From assembly GCF_009914755.1 (NCBI RefSeq), contig NC_060932.1: a stretch of DNA of 64,000 nucleotides, one strand, 5' to 3'. The DNA is from the human T2T-CHM13v2.0 reference genome, Homo sapiens. Under the pieces are notes generated by a model. The model saw nothing but the letters and a program-made list of their open reading frames with translations. It was not told where the DNA came from and did no database searches. The translations under genes and the position numbers were made by a program. Positions 53,270-64,000 of the stretch are shown piece by piece; position 1 is the first letter of the stretch; the number at the start of each line of letters is the position of its first letter.

Positions 53270-56069
53270 GTTTGACAGAAATTTTTACTTTGTAGCTAAT
53301 CATTAAGTGTTAAATAGGTTAGTACATTATCTAGGTGGTAAGCAAATTTGGAATTTAAAATATCAAGGTTTGTATTAGAGCTTAGAAAAATCTATGAATT
53401 GAATATTAAAATTCTGACTAAAAAGAAAGCCAAGAAAATTGCTTTTTAAAGGAATCTGCTTAGAAGGTTATGACTGCCACTTGCACTAATAGGGACAACA
53501 TATTTAGTTAAAGAACAGGACACAGAAATTTAGAAGTGCCATCATAACATGGTATGCAGGAATTTTATTAAGCATATCTGTAGTGGAAAGAACAAAATAT
53601 TACAACAAACAAGCTTATAATTCTGATAGTGGTAAAATGATGGAACATTTAAAATAGCATATTTTAAGATGTGTAAACTCTTAAAGTGTACACTTGACAG
53701 ACCTTTTCTCAGAAAGCTACCTAAGGATGTGTAATAGTCGTGAAAAAGTGAATCAACATAGAGTAATGAAGAAGGCAGAGAACATATAACAAACAGTGGT
53801 GATCACATAAACCTGTAAAATAAATAGCAAGTTTAAAACCCATAATGAAAGAGCCTATTACACTTCTAATTTAAAGACCATAGTGAAGCAAGAAGTACTA
53901 TGCTGAGTTAAAAGCTGTTTAGTTGAGTGTCAGTGGAACTACAAAAGATATGTGGCTCCACAGGCACCCGAAACATCCATAAGAAGGAAGACTCCCTGGA
54001 CATGAGGTTGTTCAATGAGGTTAGAGACCTACATTCTCTTGGGAAGCTGCTGATCTAACCCCAGATAACCTTTGATCCACTCTGATATTTGATTGCTAGA
54101 AAACCATGTAATAGCTTCCAATTGTAAATTTTTACATAGAAAACATCATGAAGTGCTCATTCTAGTTCTTACCATATTTTGAGATTAGTTTATTCAAAGT
54201 TCACACTGTGAATGATACATTCATATTTTTGTCATAAAAACCATAGCAGTTGCAAATTTAAGATAAATTTACTTTAAAAGTTAAGCTATTGAGGTTAAAT
54301 ATTTGATTTATAATTTTGTCATCATGTGTCTTAAAAAATCATAACCCAGGTAATTTAGATTAATCTTTAAGAAATGTTCACCCAAAGTGAAATGGTATAT
54401 AGCAACTGGCAGAATTTTTTTAAAAAAACCAGTTGGAAATATTGAAATTAGAATATAATAAGTTAGACCATCAACTGACTGTACCCAAGAAAACTTCCTG
54501 GGATTCTCAAAGACTAACACCTACATTTTAAAGGTTTTGTCTGGAATAATGTTTCTTTTGATATCAACATTTGTTACATTGTTAATTTATTCAAAAGTAT
54601 ATCTGTGATATTTCATATGAGCCTATTACATATTCAAATACTTAAACTCTCAACATGGATTAATGTCCATGAAAGTAATTGTCCTTAATCAATTCCTTAA
54701 TGTAGATAATACCACTTGTCAGTATAAATAATGTTTTAAGCTCAAGAAGCAGGCTCCTTAGTTTACGATAATCATTTTATGTAGGAGATAATTACCCAGA
54801 ATTTCACAAACATGTTCAAAATTCACATAGTTTTATTCTCCAGCAGGAACCTGCCTTAGTTAATAGTTTTAGGGAAACAGAATTCTGAAGCTGATGGAGT
54901 ATTTAATTTGAGGTAATAAGTGATAAATTTCACAATAGAACTACAACTAGAACCCAATCGATGAATTTGATAATGACTGGCTCTTTGCTATTGAGGACAT
55001 GAGCAGCCACATTGATAAAATAGCTGATTAACAGAGAGCTATCAGTTAAGGACAGAGGAGAGCCACTAACATACATTCATCAGGATGTCATTTGCAGTCT
55101 TTTTATACAGGAATGTTAGTGGTTGGCTTCAGATCCTCTGTCTTAATTCAAACTGTCATTATGTAAATCAGTGTGTGAAGCCGGGTCTGTGCCAAAAAAT
55201 ATATCTTGTGAAATCTGCACATCCTTATAGAAATTCAAGTGAATTTGCCTAACTTACAAATGTGTGTAATTGGATAAACTAAAGTTTACTAGTTCAAAGG
55301 AAAACAAAATGTTTATAGTGGACACTAGACTTATTATATAAATTAGTTATTTTTTTCTCAAAGTGCTTTGATTTAAGTATATATATTTGTATTATACCCA
55401 CTATTGGGTTTGTCTTACAGACTTTACTAGTGTCTGCATAAATGGCCTGAATAGAGATGATGATCAGGCCCTCAGCCTAAAGAACATTCCATTCACCCTC
55501 ACCATTAGGTATTCATTACTTTGAATTGAATTTGTAGTCCCTATTGAAATGCAAACATGTCTGAAGGGGGTTACATATATATGATGCAAATCTCAGTAAC
55601 ATTTCATTATTCATCCTTTATTAGAGTGCATCAAGTTCACTGAAAATAGGTTTTGGTGTGTCTGAGAGGGGAAGAAAAGGTCTGGAATCTGAGACAGTCT
55701 AAGATGAGTCTTGGTTGGAGAGGCTTATATAGCAGGAAGACTTCAAAAGATCAAAAAAAGGAAGAGAAGAATGTCAAGGCAGAACAAAATAGGATGATAT
55801 TGAATTTCAGTAACAAACCATGTCTAATTCATATTCTTAGCTTTTCTCACGGTGAGCTCTACCTGCCAGAATCAAGTGTTCAGTAAGTCCTGGGCAAATT
55901 TTGATATAGACTGTGCCAAACCTACAAATAAATTATCCAAAACTGATTTATATGCTAGTTATTTAGAATCTAGAAAACATATTCACAGAGAAACAACGCT
56001 TTATCACAGAGATAGGATTCTGATCCACCCCTGAAATTTTGTGTAAATGATGATAGACATATAATACTG

Positions 56070-56623
56070 ATTGACTAGTTGTCTGTTCCTACATAACAAG
56101 CCACCACAAAATTTAAAGAGTTAGAACAACGTTTTTATTATTTCTCACAATTCTATGAGTGACTGGTTTTTCAGCTTCATGTGACGCTGTCTTGGGTTGC
56201 AGTGATCTGGGAGCTGGATGGCTGAGAATGTCCAAAATGGCACACTCACATGGTTGGCAGTTGAAGTCGGCTCTTGGCTGAGAGCTCAGCTGGCTAACAA
56301 CCAAAGCACTTACACATGGCTTCTCATTAGAGTTGGCTTCTTAGAGCATGGCTGTTGGTTCCAAGAGAGAGCATCCCAAAAGCACGAGTGCCAAGAGGCA
56401 GAAAAAAGAAGCTGTTTAGCCGTTAAGAGTTACACTCAGAACTGGCAAGGCATCACTTCAGCCATATTCTGTCAGTCAAAGCAGTCACAGAGCCCACCAA
56501 GATTTAAGGGAATGGAGAAATAAACTCTATCTCTGGATGGAAGAAGAGTGAAGTCACATTTCATAAGAAGATGTGAGATTGGAAGCACCTGTCTGACTGT
56601 CTTTGGAAAATACAATCTGTAAC
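56070..56623 (-). mobile_element. Old MaLR LTR (MLT1H-like)
   Basis: tccaaaatggcacactcacatggttggcagttg...ctttggaaaatacaatctg. Confidence 0.75.
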
Positions 56624-57724
56624 TGTTACCATCTCCTACTACAATGTAAATGAGTTTACCATTATGTAAGGAGATAGTTGGGATGCACTGTACTAAGACT
56701 GAGAAATTTTAGGCTTCACAGTCAGGTCTACTTAACCTCTGAATTTTAGTAACCTCCTCTAAAACATGGAATGTTATAACAATAATGATTTAAACCTCTT
56801 GTTCAGTGCCTATACAATATACCAGATTATTTTTAAATGACTTATGCATATTTAATCCTAATAAGAGCTCTATGAAGTAAGTTATATCATCATTCCTATT
56901 TTAGAGACAGGTAACTGAAATAAAAAGGAGTAGAAACTCTCCCAAACTTACATAAACAACAAATGACAAAACTGAGATTTCTCATAAGGATTAGATCAGG
57001 TAATACATCTAAATGTAAAATGAATGGCCATATTATCATCATGATATTTAACTATCTAATTCATAATATTTTAAAATTAAATGCAGTTTAAGTATAGATA
57101 TTTCAAACATGCAGAAGAGTTTAGAGAATAATATAGGAAAGATACATAATGAACTAATACATATTATTCAGTAATTATCTGACAAATATCAGGCAGGCAC
57201 TCAGGCTCTAGCTGTCATTGTTATTATTGTAGCCAGTCTCCTGTTTATATAAAAATATAGTCCTTAATACACTACGCAGCCTGAAGTAATCATGGTGGAA
57301 TTACAAACGAAAATTCCCTCGCAATGTTAGTACCCTTCCCTAACTCATTCCCTGCCAATTCACAGCCCAGGAGCATGTAGAGTGTAGTGAACTGTCCAAT
57401 TTTAACCTTTACTGAGAGCTGTACTTTTCCCATAATTATACAGATGTCTACCTTGTAAATGTTCAATGTTAGGGATAATTTGAGGAGTAAGGTAAAGAAA
57501 ACAATTCTTTGGTAGCCCCAAGAAACAAGGAACTTAAGAGGAATCCAGACCTAAGTAGGATATGTGGGGCAGAGAAGGAAATTAAGCTGAAGAAATAAAA
57601 TATCCTCAATTCCAGCACACCAGGTGTTTTTAAATGTGCTGCCTTGCCAAGTGAAAGTAAGCAGACTTTTATACAACAATAGGGCTTGTTCTAGTATCTC
57701 TATATTTAGGAGAAGCCAGAACAT

Positions 57725-57836
57725 GCGTTCCATTTTGACAGGAATAGTCCTTAAGTAACAGAAATCCTTAAATAATTTTAATAGCTTTTTACACAAAAGT
57801 GCCCCAATTTGGACAGTAAATTATATGGTCATCCTA
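57725..57836 (-). mobile_element. hAT-Blackjack fragment (MER94-like)
   Basis: Reverse complement begins taggatgaccatataatttactgtccaaattggggcacttt. Confidence 0.55.
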
Positions 57837-58244
57837 CCTAGCTTCAGTCAATAAAATTACTATTCCTCTGGTCACCCAACAGAAACTTGAGTTTTATCTT
57901 ATGTTTTCTTGGCTTTTTTTTCTTATTGACTTAATTAATTATTTATTTATTTATTCAGCAAGCATCTACTCACCATCTAGGATGTGCCATTCATTGTGTT
58001 TGAGAGTAAGGATTCAAAGACAAATAGAAGGTAGTTTGTGTTCCCAAGGAGTTTATAGACTTGCAGGAGAGACAGTCATATGAATATTACTAAAAAATTT
58101 ATCATAAGTGAAATGATAAAATACACATATTGTAGGACAAGAGGTGGGAATACATCAAGGATATTTTGGAGGAAGTGGATCTGAAGTCTTAATGGAAAAT
58201 TGAGATAGCTGAGTAGAGGAGGTGAACAGGGATATCAGTGGAGG

Positions 58245-58870
58245 TGATATTCATTTTCTATTGTTTCCTAACAAACTACCACACACCTAGTGGCTTTAAA
58301 CAACACACATTAATTATCTCTCAGTGTCTGTAAGTCAGAAGTCTGGGCATAGCACTGCTGGATTCTCCTCTCAGGGGCTGAAATCAAGGTGCTGGCAGGG
58401 CCCCAGTTCTCTGTGAGGTTTGGGGGTCTTCCTCCAAGAGCACTGGTTGTTAGCAGAACTCATGTCTTTGCAGCTGGAAAACTGAGGTCTCCATTTTCCT
58501 TCTAGCTGTTGGCCAGGAATCACTCTCAGCAACTAGAGGCTACCCTCAGATTTTTTGCCAAATGGAGGTTCACAGCACAGATGGTTGCTTTCTTCCAGGC
58601 TAGACAAGTGAGTCTTTGTGAGAATTAATTATTTGTGATTTCTCCTACAAACATGTCATGCTGCTTATCACCTCCGTGGTAGCTGAATTCTAACTCCCCT
58701 GCTCCCCACCTGATTCCTGGTCTCTGATGTACACAAACCTTCTTCTAGGTGTTCAATCAAACACTGATCTAGCTCCTGCTATGAAGGGATTTTGTGGATG
58801 TAATTAAATTTCCATGTTTTTTGGCCTTAAAATAGGGAGCTTATCTAGGGAGTCTGACCAAATCCATACC
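58245..58870. mobile_element. MLT1D/E-like MaLR LTR fragments (about 58245-58610 minus; about 58675-58870 plus)
   Basis: gctgaaatcaaggtgctggcagggcc; gaagggattttgtggatgtaattaa...aatagggagcttatct. Confidence 0.6.
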
Positions 58871-59149
58871 CAAAGAGCTCAGCATCATGGGGCCTAGCAT
58901 TTCAGACTTCATCCTACAGTTCAGTGTTTGCCAAAGGGTGGCCTGTAGCCCTCTTGTTTATGAATCATCTGTTGTGCTTACTAAAAATACAGGCTAAAAG
59001 TTTTTACGTAGTTATGTATATAATAGAGATCTCAGGTTCACAGAAATAAGTTGATTATAATCCTCAATCCATGGCATGCAATCATTATTTGTCACTTTCA
59101 AGGTCTCTCTTCTGTTTTATATTAGTTTTTCCTCCTCACCCCCATTTTC

Positions 59150-62100
59150 ATTTCTACTCCCAATTCTTACATACACAACCACTCTAGTGTACCTAACATT
59201 GTCCTGCTAATCCACCTTCTATGTGTTAATGAAATATATGCACATCTTTGAATAATATATGTTATTTTGTTTGTATGTATTTTATTAGTTTTTTCATATA
59301 TGATATTGTGCTATAAATCTAATGTGGTTTTGTTTGTCTGTTTCTTTCTTTCTTTCTTTTTAATCCACTGGTCACTTTTACTTAGTGACTGCCGTAAAGT
59401 GTTTTGTCCTAAACAGAACCACATTTTGCTCATTGACTCCTCTGGGGATGGAAATCTGAATTGTTTCCAACTTCTTGTAATCACATCTTGTATTCCCTTA
59501 TCTGTGAGAGTTTCTGGTCATACTACTAAATGAAGTAAGTCACTCAATTGTTACCTATCTCAGCTGTAAAAGAGAAACAGCCATTGCTTTTTCTTTGGTA
59601 ATCTAGTAACATTGTTGATGTCCCATATTTTTATTGTAACAATTCATGTGTTCAGCAGGGCAATTTGGGAAAATTCCAGAAAATAAACATGTAAGGAAAG
59701 TGGTTACACAATGACCCAAATAAGATATGCCTTTGATAGAAACAATTCTGGTCAAACTTGCTACACAAATATCATTTTTTCAATATAATTATTTTAGATA
59801 ACATGATAAAATAAATGTAATGCATTGCTATAACACAAGATTCTATAACTTTTTTTTACTTTTATACAATTACTTTTTACAAATTGGGTAATATCATACA
59901 TATGGCTGCTTTTTCAATTATGAACATTTTCACTTCATTGACTTTTTAATAAAAATATGATTTATATGTATTTAAACATTTTCTTTTTACTTTTGCACTT
60001 TATAGCATATAACATACAGGTAGAACAGTGAACAAGTCATTGATAATGACTTGATAAATAATGTTTGATAATGATAATGTTTGATAAATGTTCATGAAGA
60101 AAAAAGATTGGTATTAATTTGAATGTGAAGTTGTTTCCAACTTCCCAATCCATAAAACTTTATTTACAGTTCTGATTTTATTTTCCTTGGAAAGATTCCT
60201 AGAAATTGAGTTACTAGTTAAATAACATAAGAATTTTAAAAATACTTTGTATATATTGGCAAATACCTTTTGGGAAAGATTGAATCATTTCATAGATTCA
60301 ATAAAAGAGCCTATGGGAGAGCATTTGTACCATTCATTGGAGAGTACTAGTGCTCTGTTAATATTTTCTAATTGGATAGGTAAAAAAAAAAAAAAAAATC
60401 TCATTATTGTTTCAGTTTTTATTACTAAAAAGATTGTGCTTTTTGACATCTGTTACCCTGTAAATTATCTCTCCTCTGGTCATTTTTTTTCCCTACTTGA
60501 GGGTTAGTGATTTTAAAAATTAATTTTAAAAATAGTTTATATACTAAAGATATTGGCCTTGAGTAATACTTGTTACAAGTTGTTATCCACTTCTATTGCT
60601 TTACAATTTCTAGACATTTTACATGTAGTTTTAATTTTTTCAAATATATTGATACAAATAATACAAGGTTAAAAAATTCTAGAAAGTTTATTCTATTTAT
60701 ATATATCATCTATCTGTATCTTTCTATCTCTTTATCTCAGTCTCTCATGACAAATGTCTCCTTTAAGAGAGATATTTTTATTAGCTCTTTTAGCATTTAT
60801 ATTCATATATCTAAATAGCATATTTATGCTATTTGTTGATTTTTTAATATCTTTATTAGAAAAACCTTTATCAAATCTCGACAAAAATATATCAAAAAGT
60901 ATCTATTTTTTTGGCTCCCTATGATGAAGATTTAGCTCTTGTTTTGCTGCCCCACCACCCTCCACTCCCATCCTCATACTACTCAGCCACCCATATAAAT
61001 ACAATAATAATATTGCTCAGGTAAATATTTAGCGCCTATATTATCAAGACTGTGCAATGGTATTCATAGCTGAACCGTATACAGAGTCTATAATTACTAT
61101 TCTCCTTCATTACAACTTTTTGTTTCTCCTGAAGAAACAAATCTCTTGCTTTTTGTTTGCTTACATTTCTATATTTTATGTCTTTCCCTGAGTTGTGTAA
61201 CTTGCTTCCTAATACCTTAAAAAATAACAGATATCCTATCAATTTCATCTGCCAAAAGATATCTCTCCCAGAGCCTCTGAGCAGCTGTAGTCTGTGCATC
61301 TGCTCCCTAGGCCTGCTGTAAAGATATTGTCCTCACAGGCCTTTCTTTTGTCATCTTCTGGGGGAGTTCTCCACCTCCAGTGTGTATCTGAACCATGGTT
61401 TTCTGGAATCTGTGCTTTATCTTTTCTTTGTTTAATCCCTTGCTTTGATTGAAAACTGCCTTAAAATGATGCATATCTGAGATGGTCCTTATTATTCCCT
61501 CACACTTAATCAATAGTCTGGCTATATGAAGGTATTTCAGGACTGAATGGTGAGATATCTCTCGCACACTCATTTCCTGGACTCAGTTCACAGAATTCTG
61601 GCTACCAGGAAATACCCTCCAGGCAGGAGATTGGAAAATTATTTTCTGTGGAATCTTGACCAGCTCAAGAGTAAAACTAAAGATGATACTAACATCCTGA
61701 GGTCCCTAATGAGGTGAAATAAGCTGCCCAGACCATTATCCTGCAGGTGACAAATTCCATTTACGATTTTCCTCAGAACTTTGAAGGCATTGTTTTCTTT
61801 TCTTCTAGTTACAATGGTTACTGTTGATAGCTTCTCTTCATTACAATTATTTTATACTTTGAATATAATCTGAATTTCCCCCCTTTTTTGGAGGCCTATA
61901 GGATTTTCTTTTAGTCCACAGTGCTTGAAATTTAATAATGTTGTACCTTGGTGTGTTTTCATATTTATCCATTTGTAATAAACAATCAATGTGCTTTTTC
62001 AATATGGAAACTCTTGTCCTAGAAAAAAAAACACTGAAATATTTTGCTTATTTTTCTCCTCTTCTTTTTCCTTGTTCTGTCTTTTTTCTCTCTTTAATAT

Positions 62101-63700
62101 CTATTTTTTTTTCTGGGATCAAGCATCCCAGAATAATACTCCGATTTTCTTATATTTTCCCTCTTATGTTTCATCTCCTTATCTTTCTTGTCTACATTCT
62201 GGAAGATTTTTATCATCTTTATTGTTCTTTTTTAAAATTTTTGCTATTATACTTACACTTTTTTTTCTTGGTGTGGTCCTGTTTTCCAAGTAGAATTTAA
62301 AAATACAATCCCATTGACATTTTTTGGAGACCATACTTCTTTTATTCCTCTGAGAACTATATAATTGTTTAAGTTTATATGTCCTCGTATATCCTCTCTG
62401 TTGTCTGTGAGTAGCTTTTTTCTTTTTCTGTTTCATGTTGGAGTTTTCTCTGGATATCTAGTTTTCTTCGGTTGCCTGTTAAAATGTTGCAGGTGCGAAA
62501 GCACTGATGGAAGTTTTTCTGTGCATATGGTGGTCGATTGTAGTCTTCTCGGTAGAGTAATGGACTGAGCTAATTTTGTTGCTGCTGATGGTGTTGCTGT
62601 ATTGAGGAGCCCACAACGTAAGCACTTTTAGCTTTTCTCTTCAGTTGTTCAATGTTCCACTGAAAAGAATCTACTGTCCCGCCTGCCAAAATTCTGTGAG
62701 TTGATTCCAAGCAAGAGGTGAAGGAGAAATTTCTTAGCATTCAACGTGTATACTTTCCTTAATCTGCCTCTTTTCCGCATGATAATTCTGCCTACAATTG
62801 TGCCTGGTGTCCTCCAATCTAGAAAACACCTTTTCTTGCTCTCCAGAGAATATACCCCCAGCTTTCTACCAGATAGAAAAGGAATGGTTTCTCAGATCTT
62901 TTCCTAGTGGCAGTGGTTGGGGGTAAAGACAACTACTTATTAAGCACAGTTTCAACCCATCCCTTTCTTTTTAGCTTTAACCTCACTCCCACTTTCAGGG
63001 GTACCTGGTACCATCAATTACTGAACTTTGGGGGGTCTGTAGTACAAATCAAGTTGCCTCTCAGCTTTCTCTACTGCTGAAAGAATTCCATTTTCTCATT
63101 TTACTAAAGCAGTTATTCATAATCCTTTTGCATCCAAAATTTGCATCCAAATTTTGTTATTGTCATCTTCACTCCTCTTTGTCCTTGTGGGTTTGCAGTT
63201 TCTTTACCTTTAGCAATCTGTCATTTTAGTGGATCTTGGCAAGAAACAGAGGCAAACATTTCCATTCAATCTCTCCTTCTTACAATTTAATGTTAGCTTT
63301 TGATATAGAAATATTTCATTTTGATAAAGTTGCATTTAGTAATATTTTCCTAGAAAATTCTTTTCTTTGTTTTTAATACTTCTTATGTCTGTCTGTGCTC
63401 TGAAATCAATTACATATTCACTCCCACTTTCTTCTACATTTTATGATTTCATTTATAATCAATTTTTAAATCCACCTGGATGTTTTCTATGTATATATTC
63501 TTTAAATATTTACTTAATGTTCCTGCATCGTTTGTTGAATAATTCATTTTTCTCCTATTATTTCATAATACTTTATTTATTATCATTCAATTTTTATAAA
63601 TTCTGAAATCTGTTTTAGGAATGCTTTTTCTAACTTATGGATACATTGATTTATTATCATGACTGTATCATAGTGCCACATCATACAGTGATTTGAGGGT
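59150..63700 (-). mobile_element. Highly degraded ancient L1M (L1ME-like) fragments
   Basis: T-rich strand bias with motifs such as gttgtttccaactt, tcctagaaattgagttactag and cagaactttgaaggcattg; boundaries uncertain. Confidence 0.5.
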
Positions 63701-64000
63701 TCTCATTAAAAAGGAACAAAAACAAAACCTCCTAATTATTTTTCCTTGGAGATGAGTAAGATAATCAGGTGCCAAGTGTGCATAGATTCTTTGTTTCGAA
63801 CACAAAAGAAATCTTTTAGTTTTTAATCTAGCTAATCTGGAATTAGCTAAATTTGAAAGTGCAATTTTTAAATTTAAATTCAGTGAATACATTTGCAGAT
63901 ATTTTACTGAGCGGAAGAACAATGAGTTTAAGATAATCAAAAGTAACCTTGGTGTTTAATTCTCTTAAAATTTATTAAATCTGCAATTGTTACATTTTAT

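Noticed and set aside
60040-60095. Short tgataa/atgttt repeats (also attcagtaatataat x2 at about 32547-32585 and ttgcatccaaa x2 at about 63128-63152)
   Set aside because: Ordinary slippage-type micro-duplications in AT-rich, decayed L1 sequence.

Overview
AT-rich primate (human or great-ape) non-coding DNA, intergenic or deep intronic. I found no host protein-coding exon, RNA gene or CRISPR array. The listed ORFs are chance ORFs or decayed Alu, L1 or ERV frames. The main feature is a 5.85-kb HERV-H provirus (+ strand, 23516-29363) with two LTR7 LTRs, a 5-bp CTGAC target-site duplication (TSD), a tRNA-His primer-binding site, a polypurine tract, and dead gag/pro/pol with env largely deleted. 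Both LTRs carry the doubled ACAAAAGA motif described for the LTR7up subfamily, and both have AATCAA where the LTR7 poly(A) signal AATAAA should be. The provirus is therefore a candidate pluripotency-specific promoter with read-through or spliced chimeric lncRNA output. The rest is layered repeat: about 13 Alus, L1PA/L1M/L2/MIR fragments, DNA transposons (MER30 x2, Tigger3a, MER53), MaLR LTRs, solo LTRs (MER61, MER41B) and an LTR12 remnant. Structural oddities include a twin-primed inverted L1, an end-less L1 ORF2 fragment, an Alu-LTR12 fusion and templated insertions inside Alus. Family names come from recalled consensus sequences, so subfamily calls and old-repeat boundaries are approximate. 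I see no evidence for a wholly new biological system.
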